DNA from: the human T2T-CHM13v2.0 reference genome, Homo sapiens | Assembly: GCA_009914755.4 (NCBI GenBank) | Contig: CP068257.2 | Location: 30,528,001-30,592,000 of the forward strand | Direction: 5' to 3' | DNA length: 64,000 nucleotides | Shown: positions 13,480 to 31,424 of the stretch, in pieces | Numbering within the stretch: the first letter of the stretch is position 1 | Layout of the letters: each line of letters starts with the position of its first letter | Notes under the pieces: model-generated | The model's database searches: none | The model's input: only the letters and a program-made list of their open reading frames with translations | Told to the model about the DNA's origin: nothing | Program-made: the position numbers and the translations under genes

Positions 13480-14215
13480 AACTGAGAACTAGAAAACATT
13501 GTTGAAACAAATAAGAGAAGACCTAAAAACATGCAAAGATACCATCCCATGTTCATGGATCAGAAAACTTCATACTGCCAGAAGGACAAGACTCCCCTAT
13601 ATTGGTCTATGGAACTTAGTAGCAAGAAAACAAGCTTATTTTAAAATGGGCAAAGGACTTGAATAGCCATTTCTCTGAAGAAGACATAAAAATGGCCAAA
13701 AGGTATATGAAAAGGCACTCAATTTCACTAATCAACAGAGAAGTACAAATTAAAGCCACAAGGAGATATCACCTCACACCTTTTAGGATGGCTATTATCA
13801 AAAAGACACATGATAACAAGTGTTGGTGAGGGTGTAGAGAAAATGAAACCCTTGTACTCTGTTGATAGGAATATAAATTGCTGCAACCTTCATGGAAAAT
13901 AGTATGTAGATTCTTCTAAAAATTAAAAATAGATCTATCATAGGATACAATAATCCTTTTTCTGGGCATATACCCAAAGGAAACAAAATCAGTGCTTCAT
14001 AGAGATATCCGTGCTTCCGTGTTCATTGCAGCATTATTCACAATAGCCAAGATATGGTAACATCCTAAGTGTCTGTCAACAGATGAATGGATAAAGAAAC
14101 TGTGAATAATATTCCATTTGACTATAGTAACACTTCACTATGTATATCAAAACATCATGTTGTACACCCTAAGAATATACAATTTTTAAAAACCAAATTG
14201 ATGTATAGCTTCAAA
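13480..14215 (+). mobile_element. L1 (L1M-type) ORF2 C-terminus and 3' end fragment
   Basis: ...ttcacaatagccaagatatggtaacatcctaagtgtctgtcaacagatgaatggataaagaaactgtg...cacttcactatgtatatcaaaacatcatgttgtacaccctaagaatatacaatttttaaaaacc matches L1M 3'-terminal consensus. Confidence 0.7.
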
Positions 14216-14269
14216 GGAATTGCTATCAAAATCCCAGATGCGTTTTCTTTCCTTTTCTTTTTCCTTTCC

Positions 14270-16627
<2,358 letters not shown>

Positions 16628-16870
16628 ATGCATTGCTTAACAACAGGGATACATTCTGACAAATATGTAGTTGGACAAGTTTGTTATTGAGCAAACATCA
16701 TAGAGTGTACTTACACAAACCTAGATAGTATAACCTACTACACACCTAGGCTATATGGTATAGACTATTGCTCCCAGGCTACTAACCTATATAGCAGGTT
16801 ACCAGACTGAATATTTTAGGCAGTTGTAACACAATGGTAAGTATCTGTGTATTTAAACATACCCAAACAT
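16628..16870 (+). mobile_element. 5' half of a second copy of the Tc1/mariner-type element
   Basis: tacagtcatgcattgcttaacaacagggatacattctgacaaat...catcatagagtgtacttacacaaacctagatagtataacctactacacacctaggctatatggtatagactattgctcccaggctac. Confidence 0.55.
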
Positions 16871-17192
16871 ATAAAGATACAGTAAAAAATGATATTAAAA
16901 ATATCAAAATGGTACATCCATATATGGCACTTACCATGCCTGAACGGAGCTTGCAGAACTAGAAGTCACTCTGAGTGGGGAGTGAATGTGAAGGTCTCAG
17001 ACATTCTTGTACGCTACTGTAGACTTTACAAACATTGTACACTTAGGTCACACAAATTTATAAAAATATATTTTATTTCTTCAAGAATAAACCTTAGCTT
17101 ACTGTAACTTTTTTACTTTATAAACTTTTTAATTTTTTTTTTAACTTTTTGGCTCTTTTGTAATAACACTTAGTTTAAAACACAAACACACC

Positions 17193-17510
17193 GGCTGGGC
17201 ACAATGGCTCACTCCTGTAATCCCAGCACTTTGGGAGGTCGAGGTGGGTGGATCATGAGGTCAGGAGTTCTAAACCAGCCTGCCCAACATAGTGAAACCC
17301 GGTCTCTACTGAAAAAAAAAAAAAAAAAGTAGCTGGGCGTGATGGTGGGTGCCTGTAATCCCAGCTACTACTTAGAAGGCTGAAGCAGGAGAATCACTTG
17401 AACCTGGGAGGTGGAGGTTTCAGTGAGCCAAGATCACACCATTGCACTCCAGCCCAGGTGATAGTGAGAGACTCCATCTCAAAAAAAAACAAAAACAAAA
17501 ACAAAACAAC
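17193..17510 (+). mobile_element. Alu SINE (sense) with (CAAAA)n-type tail
   Basis: ccggctgggcacaatggctcactcctgtaatcccagcactttgggagg...cactccagcccaggtgatagtgagagactccatctcaaaaaaaaacaaaaacaaaaacaaaacaac. Confidence 0.9.
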
Positions 17511-17879
17511 ACATTTTACAGCTATACAAAAATTTTTTTCTTTATATTCTTATTCCATATGCCTTTCTGTTTTAATTTTTTTATTTTTAAACTTTTTTGT
17601 TAAAAACTAAGACACAAACACATACATGAGCCTAGGCCTACACAGAGTAGGATCCTTAATCCCACAGTCTTCCGCCTCCACATTTCACCCCACTGGCAGG
17701 TCTCCACACAATAACATGCATGGAGCTGTCTATGATAACAATGCTGTCTTCTGGAATACCTCCCGAAGGACATGCCTGAGGCTGTTTTACAGTTAACTTT
17801 TTAAATAAGTAGAACGAGTACACTCTAAAATAACTAAAAAGTATAATATACTAAATACATAAACTAATAACATAGTTGT

Positions 17880-18115
17880 TTATTATCATTATCGAGTATT
17901 ATGTACTATATGTAATTGTATGTGCTATACTTTTATACAACTGGCAGCATGATAGGTTTGCTTACAGCAGCACATAGTTCATTGAGCTATGATGTTACAA
18001 CGGATATGACATCACTAGGTGATAGGGTTTTTTCAGCTCCATTATAATCTTATAGAACCATCACTGTATATGCAAACTATCATTGACCAAAATGTTATTA
18101 TGTGGTGCACAACTT
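17880..18115 (+). mobile_element. 3' half of the Tc1/mariner-type element (the matching TIR end)
   Basis: ...ccattataatcttatagaaccatcactgtatatgcaaactatcattgaccaaaatgttattatgtggtgcacaacttta aligns with the 3' end of the 13118-13478 copy (attataatcttatgggatcactgtcatacatccagtccacaattgactgaaacattgttatacggcacatgattgta). Confidence 0.45.
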
Positions 18116-18279
18116 TAGCTAAAAATCCCTAGGAAATCTTCAAATATTTGTAAGCTATATTGTTTAATTTAAAAAATTCCCTTTTAAATGAATGATAATG
18201 TAAACATGACCTATCAAAACTTGTGAGTTACAGCTAATGCTGTAAAGAGGGGGAATTTATAGCTTTAAAAGTGTACGTA

Positions 18280-20009
<1,730 letters not shown>

Positions 20010-20010
<1 letters not shown>

Positions 20011-21060
20011 GTCATTTTTATATAGTCATTGTTTTCTTAGGTTTATTCACATATTTACATTTTTGTTTTTCTCTATTTTTTCTTGCATTTCAGACTTTCT
20101 TCTGGATTCATTTCTTTTCTTCCTGAATTATATTTTTTAAAGTTACTAATAAATGTCTACTTACTAAACTATCTCAAGCTAGCTCTCCAATTCTAGGTTT
20201 ACAATTATTTCTTTAGCATTTTGAAGACAGAGTATCTTAATGTTGTCTTGATGATTTTGAGAAGTCAGCTATCAATCTGTCATCACTTAATAGGTCATCT
20301 ATCTTTTCTCTTTTAAAATCTTCTTTGTCTTGGTCTTTGACTAAGTACAAGGTACTCTTTCCTTATCCTATTTGGAATACATTGAGCTTGTTGAGTCTAT
20401 TAATTCATATCTTTCATCACTGAGGGAAAATCCTAAGCCATTATCTCTTCAAATATTGCCTCTCCACCATTCTGTCTAGTCTCTCCTTTTGATTAAACTC
20501 ATGTAAAACCTTTTCAATCTGCCCTCTGTGTCTCTTATCTTTCTTCTTTTATCCTTTATTTCTCTCTGCTGCACTTTCAGTAATTTCTCAGCATCTATCT
20601 TCAGCTGCTTCAGCTGCTTCATCTGCTGTTTAACCCAACCATTTGAGTTCCTAATCCCAAGTATTATATTGTTTATATTTAGAATGTTAGAATTTTATTA
20701 ATCTTCCCAGTTCTTTATAATAGTGTCTCGTCCCTTAGTTTTATTTTCAATACTCTCTTTTATTTTTTTAAATATATAAAATATATATATCTTATATTTC
20801 TCTTTGCTGATTCCAGTATCTGGAATATGTATCTCAGTGTGATGTTACTGGATTTCAGTTCCCAACCCACACAAGAACTTGAAATTAGGAACTCTCTAGA
20901 CTTTCTCTTTCCCCCTGTACTCAAAGCGAAGGCCAAGATCACCAAGAATCTTCACTTTTTACTTCTGTGAGACAGGCTTCCTTCTTGGGATTCTTGGCTG
21001 TCTTTGGGAGAAGTCCCAGGTTTAGTGGAGGTGAATGGTCTCTGATTCAACTTCACACTT
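20010..21060 (-). mobile_element. Probable antisense old L1 (L1M 5'-region type) fragment
   Basis: T-rich antisense-L1-like text (ttctctctgctgcactttcagtaatttctcagcatctatcttcagctgcttcagctgcttcatctgctgtttaacccaaccatttgag...). The assignment is weak. Confidence 0.3.
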
Positions 21061-21077
21061 TGTGTGGGCCAAGATCA

Positions 21078-21150
21078 CCTCCTATGTCCCCCTTCATGCA
21101 CACATGCACACACACACAAGCACACACATGCACATATACACACATCTACA
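21078..21150. repeat. CA-rich imperfect microsatellite
   Basis: cacacatgcacacacacacaagcacacacatgcacatatacacacatctacac. Confidence 0.8.
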
Positions 21151-22607
21151 CTCTAGTCTTCCAGGAGCCTGCAGATGACCCCAGGGTAACCGCCAGTTGC
21201 AGCACTGATGTGCCCTTCTAGATTCACACCTAACCTTGAAGGATTTCCCTCGCTTTACTGCCAGATCACCCATGCATTCATTTTTCATCTATTTTATCAG
21301 TGTTTTAGCTGCTATGTACTGAGAGTTTCTCTCCAGACATCAATATCACCAATTTTATTGAAAAGGAAATACAAGCTTAAGGGTTTCTATTAGATAAATG
21401 AGGAGTAGCCCATTGTTGGGTCAAATGACTTTCTCGAGTTCAGACAATGTCACTCACTAAGGAATGTGGGATAAAAAACAACAACAACAAAGAGGAGTGT
21501 GAATGGGGTGGAGGTTGGGATGTTCTCATGAAACTCTGCGTACAATGTTCCAGTAATGGAGTTACGAATGAAATCTACACCTCCTAATTTCCAAGGTTAG
21601 TCCTTAGCCTAGGCTTTCTGACAGCTCTTTCTTCAGGAACACAGGTAGAATACTGTACCAGAGATTCCACCATAGAGCGGACACAGCCAATAGCCTATTG
21701 AACACGGGTGTGTTTCAAAGAAACCCAGAACTGGCTTATCAAGGTGAAGACTTCAGAAAGCCCTAAATTCAGCAAAGTAAGCAAAATGTATTGGGGGGAA
21801 TTAATGAGACATGTTCCCTCCTCAAGGAACTTCATATACAGACTCACCTAGGCCAGTTCTTCGCTTTCAGACAGGTGAACCTACATTGAAAATACAGCAT
21901 GGTCTTCTGTGGATCAATTTCAGAAGTCACCCAAGCTGGAACTCTGCTTCTACTGAAGCCAAAGCTCTCTTCATCCAAAAAACAGGACAGCAGCCCAGCT
22001 CCTAAGGTCTCTGCTGCCAGACCCCATTATGCCACTTTCATTTCCCAAGGCTTACCTCTGCAACCCACCCTGCTTTCCGTCTATAGTTGACCATCCTTTT
22101 CCCTTCCCCACCAAACCTCCACAGTCCCTCTCTCTCACAGCCCTCTTCTCCATGATCTTGTGAATGCATTGTTGTTTCTAATTTTCACTATCACAGCTGC
22201 AATACACGTTCTTGTGCACATGTGTCAGTTTCTCCAGGAAAAATGCCAATGAGTGAAGTTGGTTGATCATAGAGTGTGCACATTGTTCACTTTCCTAGAT
22301 ATCACCAAAGACCTCACCATAGTGGTTTACCAACTGCACTACCAACCACAGCGTATGGTGGAATCCTGGTCCTCCATATCCTTGCCAACACATGGTGTTA
22401 TCAGAGTTTAATTCTTAAGGAGCTTCTCCCTACGAGCCTATCCAGTGAACTACTCCCTTCTGACCTGCTGATGGGTAGTGAATAACACATTTGCACTAGT
22501 TCAGTCTCTTCTGAACATTGGATCTTAGAGCAGGGGTCTATAACACTTTCTGAAGAGTGAGCTGAGATCTGTCAATTCCTCCCAGCGGCTGACTGGGAGA
22601 AGGGAAT

Positions 22608-23120
22608 GTGAGGGTTAATTTTATGGGTCAACTTGATTGGGCCATGGGATGCCCAGATAGCTGGTTAGACATTATTTCTGGGTGTGTCTGGAAGGTTGTT
22701 TCCAGGAGATGGTAACATGTGAACTGGCATATAGAATCAAGCAGATGGCCCTCCCCAGTGTGAGTAGGCATCATTCAAATCACTGAAGGCCTGAGTAGAA
22801 CAAAAAAGCAGAGAAAGGTTGAATTAATTCTGCCTGACTGCCTGAGCTGGAACATCAATCTTTTCCTGCCCTCAGCACTCCTGGTTTTCAGGCCTTCAGA
22901 GTCAGACCGGAACCTACACCACACTCTCCAGTTCTTAGGCTTTTGCACTGTATCCCTGGCTTTCCTGGGTCTCCAGCTTGCAGGTAGTAGATCGTAGGAC
23001 TCTTCAGCCTCCATAATCGCATGAGCCAATGACTTATAATAAATCTCTTTGTAGATACAGATATAGACATTAATATGCTCTGTTGGTTCTGTTTCTCTGG
23101 GGAACCCTCACTAATACATG
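22608..23120 (+). mobile_element. MaLR/ERVL-class solo LTR (MLT1-like)
   Basis: ...ttatgggtcaacttgattgggccatgggatgcccagatagctggttagacattatttctgggtgtgtctggaagg...agcagatggccctccccagtgtgagtaggcatcattcaaatcactgaaggcctgagtagaacaaaaaagc...ctccataatcgcatgagccaatgacttataataaatctc...ttggttctgtttctctggggaaccctcactaatacatgg. Same family as 37723-38586. Confidence 0.7.
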
Positions 23121-23519
23121 GGGAATAATGACTCTATCTTAGTTTGAGTGAGAGCACATGCCAGTGAGAAGGAGAAATGAGGCTTCTACCACCCACACTG
23201 CTTACCAGCATGGGTCTTGGAGATAAGGTCAGAAATAGCACTGACTCTTGAGCCAGGGAAACTGCCCCGCCTGCTGCTGCTGGGACACAGTGCCCAGATA
23301 ATGGGAACACCAGGTCCTGGAGCCAAAGGGTAGAGAGACATCTGGCCTCAATGATAGATGGCAGGGCAGAGGAGGCCAAGCAAAGAAGGGACAAAGAAAC
23401 AGGAATGAGGGCAGTGAAAGGCCTGGGAGATCTCTGTGCACATCTGGATCTGAGACATGTGTTTGCCCATCATTCTTGTCAGTGTCAAGAGGCAGCAAAG
23501 GGGGCAGAGTGATTAAGCA

Positions 23520-23745
23520 TGACCTCAGAAGGTAGCTAAGCTGAGGTCTTCTACCTACGAGTCCATGATCTTACACTGACCACTTACCCTCTCCCTGCCT
23601 CTGGTTCCTTGTTTGTAAAATGAGAATATTCATACCTGTTTATAAAGTTGCCATGAAAATAAATGAGATAATAACAGTAAAATGCTTAGCAAGGGTCTGA
23701 TGCATAGTGAGGACTCAGTAAATATTAGTTGTTATTCTTATCACC
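23520..23745 (+). mobile_element. MIR SINE
   Basis: ctgaccacttaccctctccctgcctctggttccttgtttgtaaaatgagaatattcatacctgtttataaagttgccatgaaaataaatgagataataacagtaaaatgcttagcaagggtctgatgcatagtgaggactcagtaaatattagttgttattc, compare with MIR core ...ctcagtttcctcatctgtaaaatgggga...gtgaggattaaatgag...gcgctcaataaatg. Confidence 0.75.
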
Positions 23746-26700
23746 ATCATTATTGCTATTTCAAATTATAGCCTATGACCAGCTTCCTTGGAGCAAACCG
23801 CAAATCAGGACTGGCATCTTATCCATCAATTCTGATTGATAGTGGTTGTCTGCTGAGGATTCCATGGTCACCCTTGTGCTCATCTGAAAAGAACAGTGAA
23901 CTGTGATCCATTGGCAATGTCTGCCATGGCTCTAGATAGGGAGCAATAGCAGAGGCACCATGCACTTGATTCCCGTGGTCTACATTTCACAATTTATCTG
24001 GCAGGAAATACTGATTCAGGAATGTTCCCATTTTAAGTTTCTAAGAGAGTACCTATGAACAGCATCCCCCCCACAAACACACACAAAAGGGCTGGTTTTT
24101 AAATGAGGCCAACTGCACATGGCTCTTTTTAAAACTGTACGGAAAGCAGGTTCTCCCTCCTTTTCTGCTCTGTAGACAATATCCATTTCATCATTCCCGG
24201 CTGCTCAGCCACATTCCTGCCTGCAGTGGCAGGTGAGCCTCGGGTGGGCTCGTCATAAGTGGGGTCCACACATAGCTTTCCACAGCTGGAGCTACTAAAG
24301 CAGACAGCCCTAGGGTGCCAAGAGATTCACATAAGAACACGGTGCAATAAAAAATGCCTGGGAATCCACAGGCCTGGATTCCAGCTTCAGCAGAAACCCA
24401 CAGTGTGAAGCTGGGTGGGGCAAGTGACTTCACAGAGGCCTGGTTTCCTGTCACCAAAATAAAAGTCAATGATCTCCAAGATCTCTTCCAATTTTATTAT
24501 TCTGTTCTAGCAAAGGGAATGCACTCCTGTAGTTACTGTATGTTTGAAAGAGGGAGAAACAGGCAAAGACGTACACGTTAGTAGACCCTTGACTTTCTTG
24601 AAGGGGAAGCTCCAAAATTTTCTTAGATTCCCAAATGGCGAAATAGCACTCCAGCCCCATTTCTTCTGGGGATTAGTTTTTCACAATGATCAAAGGGTTT
24701 ATAAGTATGAAAGATGATATTATAGAAAAGCAAGAATTAGAAAAATGGATTCTGGGGCAGGAGCTGGTCCTGTCTTAGTATCTATTCCCCTGCCCATCCT
24801 GCCCCACACACTTGTACTCACACACACCAACTTCTTAGTCCATTGAACCAATGTCATATTTCAACAAAGTTATAAATTAGTGCCTATCACGGACTTCTGC
24901 TATTAACACTACAACTGTTAAATTCCTCACCATGAGGCAAGCATCCATTGAATACACACATACACAAAGTACCTAGACAACCATAGCTGTGTAGCCTGTT
25001 TTGGTAATATGTCATCAAGCAAATGTGCAATTGCTTTTGCCAACAGCTATATACTGAAAACATCATGATAATTTCCCAAAACCATAATGGATTTTGCACC
25101 TGTCTTTTCTCATATACAATAAGTATAATATGTAATGATTCATTACCACAAACTCATATGAATGACTTCTCAGAACCATCCAGGTCCTCTCATCTGAGTG
25201 AGAAGTGTCCCTTTCCAAACAACCCCCTCCTTGGGAGTAGCTGTCCTCACTGACATGGTGTGGTCATTTTTGGCCCTTCTCCTTAGAAACTGCTTTTCAG
25301 AGCCAGTGAAGGAGTCTCAGAAGGAAACTGTATCCCAGCTGCTGACACACCTTGTTTCAGATCCAAAACAATATTTGCAGATCCATCACAATGACACAGT
25401 TCACTTCAAGTCTCAAAAACCATGTATAGAGATTTGCCTCTGAATGGCTCTTTGCTGTTGTCCAAAACCCACATCTACCCTTTATGGAAGGAAGTGGTCA
25501 CCACTAAGGTTACTGGAGAAAGTGCACCACACCTGAATGCAGTTCCTCGCAGACAATATCAAACATGTTTTAGACTTGGGCAGCACACACACGATCTGTT
25601 GATACCATCCTTAAAGGGGCTGTATTTAAGGGAAGGACATTCATCTGCGTTTTTCAAAATACCAAGTTATATATGAGTCTCAGGGATTTCCGAGTCAATT
25701 TCTAAACCCCCACTCTGTCTACACCCATTCAGCCTCACCCTCTCCCTGACTCCTGTTAAAGTGGCTGTGTCAAAACAGCCACTTCAGAAAGCCCCCAGCA
25801 TCACAACTGCCACCTGGGCATGACTGGGATATCATCTGCTTATCAACCCCGCTCAGGAAATTATGTAGATTCTGTTACTGCCCTCCAGATGCGACTTGCT
25901 TGTTTGGCCGCCTACTCACAGGGTGAGGCTGCACAGCAGGGCATTTTCAAAGACATCATCAGGAGAAGCAACAAACCAGGATCTCGCTTCCATACTGAGA
26001 AGATAAAAGAGGAGGCGACAAATAGCATGTCCAAATGCCACCTTCTGAATCACTTATAATTCTGCCACCAAACTGAATAGAAAATGCCAGACCCAGGTTA
26101 CATGGGCTCCTCCTTTAGGAAATAGGCCATTTGAAATTTTTTCACAATCTCTGTTCTTACATGGGCTGTGGAAAGGTCATCTGAGACATCCCAATTATCA
26201 CCCTTAATGGTTTCCAGTCTGCACTCATCTGACCTGATATCCGTGATATGTGACACCTCCCCACCTCCTTCGGCTTCCTGCATCCCTTTTCAGTTGCACA
26301 ACCCCCTCCTGTGTCCCAGTCTCATACGACCAACAGATGTCCCACTTGCACTTCATGCTGGAGATGCACAAATGCGCGCTCATCCCCGCCCACTACAGGT
26401 TGGGCTCCCTCCGCTGACACCTTAGTTGCTGTCCCTGTAGCATCATGCACTGAGTCCTCTGGGCACAAAACCTCAACTACTCATTGCCACTCTCTCCTTG
26501 TCCCTCACAACCAGCCACAGGGTCCTGGTGATTCTGCCTCCTCTGTGGCTCCCGGCCACCGCAGCCAACTCCCTAGCTTGGGCACTTACAGCCTAAGCTC
26601 AGGGTCGGCTCCCACCAGACTTTCTCTTACTGTCCCTTCTCCCAGGATATCCACTTCACAGGTCTGTCATAGATTCATCTCCCTCAAAGGCTGCTTAAAG

Positions 26701-29498
26701 CATTTCCCAGAATTTTCCATGGCTCCCATTGCCTACGATGTAAGTACCCCAGCCCCTCTCTGTCAATCAAGGGACTCTTCACATAGCCCCCATTTAACCT
26801 TACCCCTTCAGACGGGTCTCTCCACTGCTCCCTGCACACTTACTAATGGGGATCCCACCTCCCCCACAGCTGGTTTCCACCTGGGGCAGTTTCTATAAAC
26901 ACCCTGGTCCTCCTCCCCCTCACTCACTCCTCCCCAGGAGGGACTTAACTGATTGGTTAGTTTGGGAGAAAAAACGGAGCACTCCCAGCCCAGCATTTTT
27001 CTCTTCCCTCTTTACCCTGGGAGCTGAGCAGCCCATTGGGCTCCTCCAGGCCATGCTTCCAGAGGTAGTGCTCCCACAGGGAGGCCTGTGGTGCTCCCAT
27101 GGGGAGGTCTGTGGTGCTCCCAGGCTACCTGTGATGCTGTCAGGAGCCCCCTTCCCTGTCAATGTGGCATGCATCCTCCAATATCAGACTTCTCAGTAAT
27201 AAAAGTGATCATGGTTTTGGACTCCCAGGTGCCATATTCCTTTTGATTCATTCTCAATTAGTGTAGAACCCCAGGGAAGAGAGGAGCTCTTGATAGAGTC
27301 CTTTTACACACCAACAACCCTGGAACTTTGCTGCCTCTGGGTCTGGCACCTCTCATTCCTCCCTCCCAGGAGCACCTTCCCCTCTCGCTCTGTCTAGTTC
27401 TTACCCACCTTCAAGACCCTCCTAAAGTCCAATATCACCTGAATGTGAAGGTCCTCCCTGGGCCCCTGCCACCTCCCCTCCCTCTGAACTCACAGTTCCT
27501 GGCTAGACTCATCACTTGGCAACCATGCACCGCCACATCGTATTTCCGGTAACTTCATCCTGCATTCTAGTGCAGGGGTCTCACCTGTTTACGTTTTGGC
27601 TCCCTGGTAAGTTACACCTGAGGACAGGTTCATTCCCTTCAGCCTCATTATCATGCTTCCCCTCCACAGCACCTGCCCAGGGTCTTGCTCAAGGTAAGCT
27701 CTGGGTGACTGTTTAATTTTGCTGCTGACAATGCACAGGCGGCTTCCCACCTTCTCATCTCAGCCCTAGACAATGTGAAGGTCCAAATTATGGCATCACG
27801 GCAACATTGGCATGGTCCTTTTTAACTCCTAACACTTTGATTGTGGCCTTGGACAGTAACTCTACCTGACAGATGGAGAAATGATCATAACGACTTGAGA
27901 GATTTTCAGAGACTCTGTTCTCTGACGACGTGTCTATCCTGTACCAAATAACTTTGCCTTGAATAGTGAGTAAAATAGAAGAAGACAGCAAACACAGAGC
28001 ACAGGCATGCTAGCTTTGCCTTGCCCATGAGCCTGCAGGCTCCTTAAGGCTAGGCCTTATGTTCTTTTCTTCTCCCTAGTACCCTAGTAGCATGGATGCT
28101 GTGTCCAAGGTAGGTGCTCAGGAAACACTTGTTAGCTCAACTTAGTTAACAGTGGGAACGATCTCCAAACTCTGACATCAGGGTCACCTTTGCTTTTGAT
28201 TATGTAATATGGTATTTTGTTACTTGAGGTTAAAGTTTATGCTTCAGTTGCAGATAAAATAAAGAAGAGGGCGATACATCTACAACTAGCTTGTTGGGGG
28301 CAGCTGTGTGAAAGAGAGAGCGCAAGAGTGAGAGAGAGAAAGAAATTAAGAGCAATAAGGCCAGTCTTTAAACAAAGTACCATTCACACGAGCAAAATTG
28401 TTCTCATTACAGTTATTTTGCCCTCCCCTAAGCCTCCATGAGCACTGAATGGGTAGAAATACCTCTTTGATTCAAGGCAATGGTTGGCGAAGTAAACCAT
28501 ATGCTCCTGGCTGGTGCAAGGAGCTCAGAGAGAGCCCATTCTAACCGAGAACAAAGGTTCGGGGAAAAGCAGTTTCCCGCACAATGCAGCTGAATGATTG
28601 ACAGGCAGATTATTATTAGGCTGAGTTGGCCTCATCTGGCCTTTTTTTAAGTGCAATATGGTCTGCATAACATGACATATGAATGCTAAACTCCTGGCAG
28701 GTCCTGCGAAGGGGACAATGGAGCTGGCAGCCTGACACCGGTGCAGCTGGGAGGGGAAGGCTTGGTTTCTGCACATTAACACATTTGACATTTGGTATCT
28801 AAAGGGAAGGGCTAATAAATAACCCGCCAACGATGACACTCTGTAATGACAGCTTTTACTACCAGCCAGTTAATCCTCCACTCCAGTTCTGTCCTTTCAG
28901 GCCATCTGGTGTTGAATTCTTATTTACTTATTTTTATTTTCCTGTAGCTTGAACTTAGGACATTTGCCTCCTGCCAGTGTCACATTTTGAAGTCAATTCA
29001 AGGGCCAGGAGGGTGGCAGACTGATTGTGGATGATTCCGCACCAAGGTCTGCAGAAAGTGGAGTGAGTGGAGTTTTTACCAGGTGACCTTGGGTTTGGGG
29101 TTCAGCTGCATGAAACCAGTTAGTCATCTTGGGTCCAGAGGGATGGGGGAAATTCACCTCTTCATTACCACCTCTTTCTAGAAACAATATGCATGGTTTC
29201 TGCCTCAATGGATCTGACATACATTTTCTGAGCATCCACTCTGTGCCCCATAAAAGGATGTGTTCTAGGGATGTTAGTCCATCCCTTTAAGGCCAAAGCT
29301 GACAGACAAGAAGGTGAGCCCTCGCATAATAAATCTGCATAATAGAATCTGGACTCTAATAGGAAGAAGCATAAAGTGCTAGGGGGTGGGAGATGACGAA
29401 GAAATCCCTTCTTCCTCAGAGGATTTCAGGAAGTTGCCCAGAATTATAAAGGATCTGAGGTTTTACCCTATTTGCATGCTAACAGGTTAGCTGGCATT

Positions 29499-29903
29499 AT
29501 GGACTGAATGCCCCAAAATTCGTATGTGAAATTCCCAACCCCCAGTGTGATAGTTTTTGGATGTGGGGCCTTTGGGAGGTGCTTAGGTTTAGATGAGGTC
29601 ATGAGGGTCGGGCCCCCATGATGAGATCAGGGTCTTCACAAGAAGAGAGACCAAAGAGCTCCCTTTCTGTCTCTCTCTCTCTCTCTCTCTCTCTGTCCCT
29701 TTCTCTCTCTCTCCATCATGCGAAGACACAGCAAGAAGGTGGCCATCTGCAAGCCAAGAAAAGGGCCCTCACCAGGAACGAACCATTCTGGGACCTTGAT
29801 CTTGGACTTCCAGCCTCCAGAGCTGAGAAAAGTAAATGTCTGTTGTTTAAGCCACCCAATCTGTGGTATTCTGCATTGGCAGCCCAAGCTGACGAAGACA
29901 GCC
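29499..29903 (+). mobile_element. MaLR-type solo LTR carrying an internal (CT)n microsatellite
   Basis: tatggactgaatgccccaaaattcgtatgtgaaattcccaacccccagtgtgatagtttttggatgtggggcctttgggaggtgcttaggtttagatgaggtcatgagggtcgggccc...gtttaagccacccaatctgtggtattctgcattggcagcc, with (CT)n at 29668-29715. Same family and strand as 9605-9984. Confidence 0.75.
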
Positions 29904-30246
29904 AGCCACAGTTTCATGCATGTTGGCAGAACACACAAGACACCAGGGTCAGAGACAAAGGACTTTACTACTCACAGCATTGGCAGTAGCCAGAATATCA
30001 GCTTTTGTATGGATTCTCCAAGCTCATTTCCCACAGAGTGACACAAAGAAGGCCAGATGACACCTGCACACATGGCAAGTTACATTGCAAGAGAGGGACC
30101 CTGGAGCTAGGGAACCCAAATCTTTCACAGTGGGCAGTAAACATGCCCCATTTTTGCACTGGAGAAAGACACTAACTCTGTCTTTAGTCCCTTGTAAACT
30201 CAGACCCATGACATCAAGCGCTGGGTGGAAGAGAAAATGAGGGTTA

Positions 30247-30470
30247 TTCCCTTAGTGAATATTTGTTGGGTAAGTGCTCAGGGCTGGGTCCTTTGCTGGG
30301 AGCAGAAAGAGGAAAAGACGTTGCTCCAGGTATCCCAGTGACTGGTGTGGAGAGAAATACATGCAGATAACTAAGAATGGTGTGGAAGGGCAGTGACAGG
30401 CTGGGCACAGAGGATGACAGGAAGCACAAAGAAAGGCATCTCCTGTAGCCTGAGATGATCAGAGATGGGG
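30247..30470 (-). repeat. Left arm of an inverted-repeat pair (partner at 31425-31650)
   Basis: The reverse complement (ccacaccattcttagttatctgcatgtatttctctccacaccagtcactgggatacctggagcaacgtcttttcctctttctgctcccagcaaaggacccagccctgagcacttacccaacaaatattcac) matches 31500-31640 at about 90%. Confidence 0.8.
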
Positions 30471-30939
30471 TGTCCACTGGACAAACACCCATGAAAAGAG
30501 AATGGAGAACGAGGCAGTGAGTGCCTCTGTTGACAGATGTGCAAAAACACAAGAGACCCATGGAGAATTGTCTCCCAGAAGAGGCCACCAAATCAATGGA
30601 TATCAGTTCCCAATCAAACGATTTTTATAAAGGCCAAGATGTGTTCAAAGAAGGAAACAGAAATTTTCTCAAGGTTGTGTTTCTCTGTGGTTGGGCTGTC
30701 TATAGGACCCCCTTAAAATACAACCCACAGTGGCATTTCTGGACAAACTCCCTCAGCTTCCTCATGGAAGAGGGGAAGCGGCCATGGAAAAGCAGACGGT
30801 GTGCGGAGCACCGCCATGACTCCATGTGCAGGTGCATCAGAAGGGAGACAGGAATTGGTATTCAAGGCCCTTCACGATGTGGTCCTTGCCCAACTCCCCT
30901 GCCTTGTATCTGGGAACTCCCTGTCTCATACTTCACTTT

Positions 30940-31278
<339 letters not shown>

Positions 31279-31424
31279 TGATCCTGATTCCGCACCTTGC
31301 TGTTTCTCCCATCCCTTTACGTTTTATCATGCAGTGCTCTCTGTCTTTCCCACCCCAAAACTCAGCTCCCTTGACTCACCTGTGTCCTTTAGGACTGAGC
31401 TCCAATACTGTCACCTGCAGGCAG

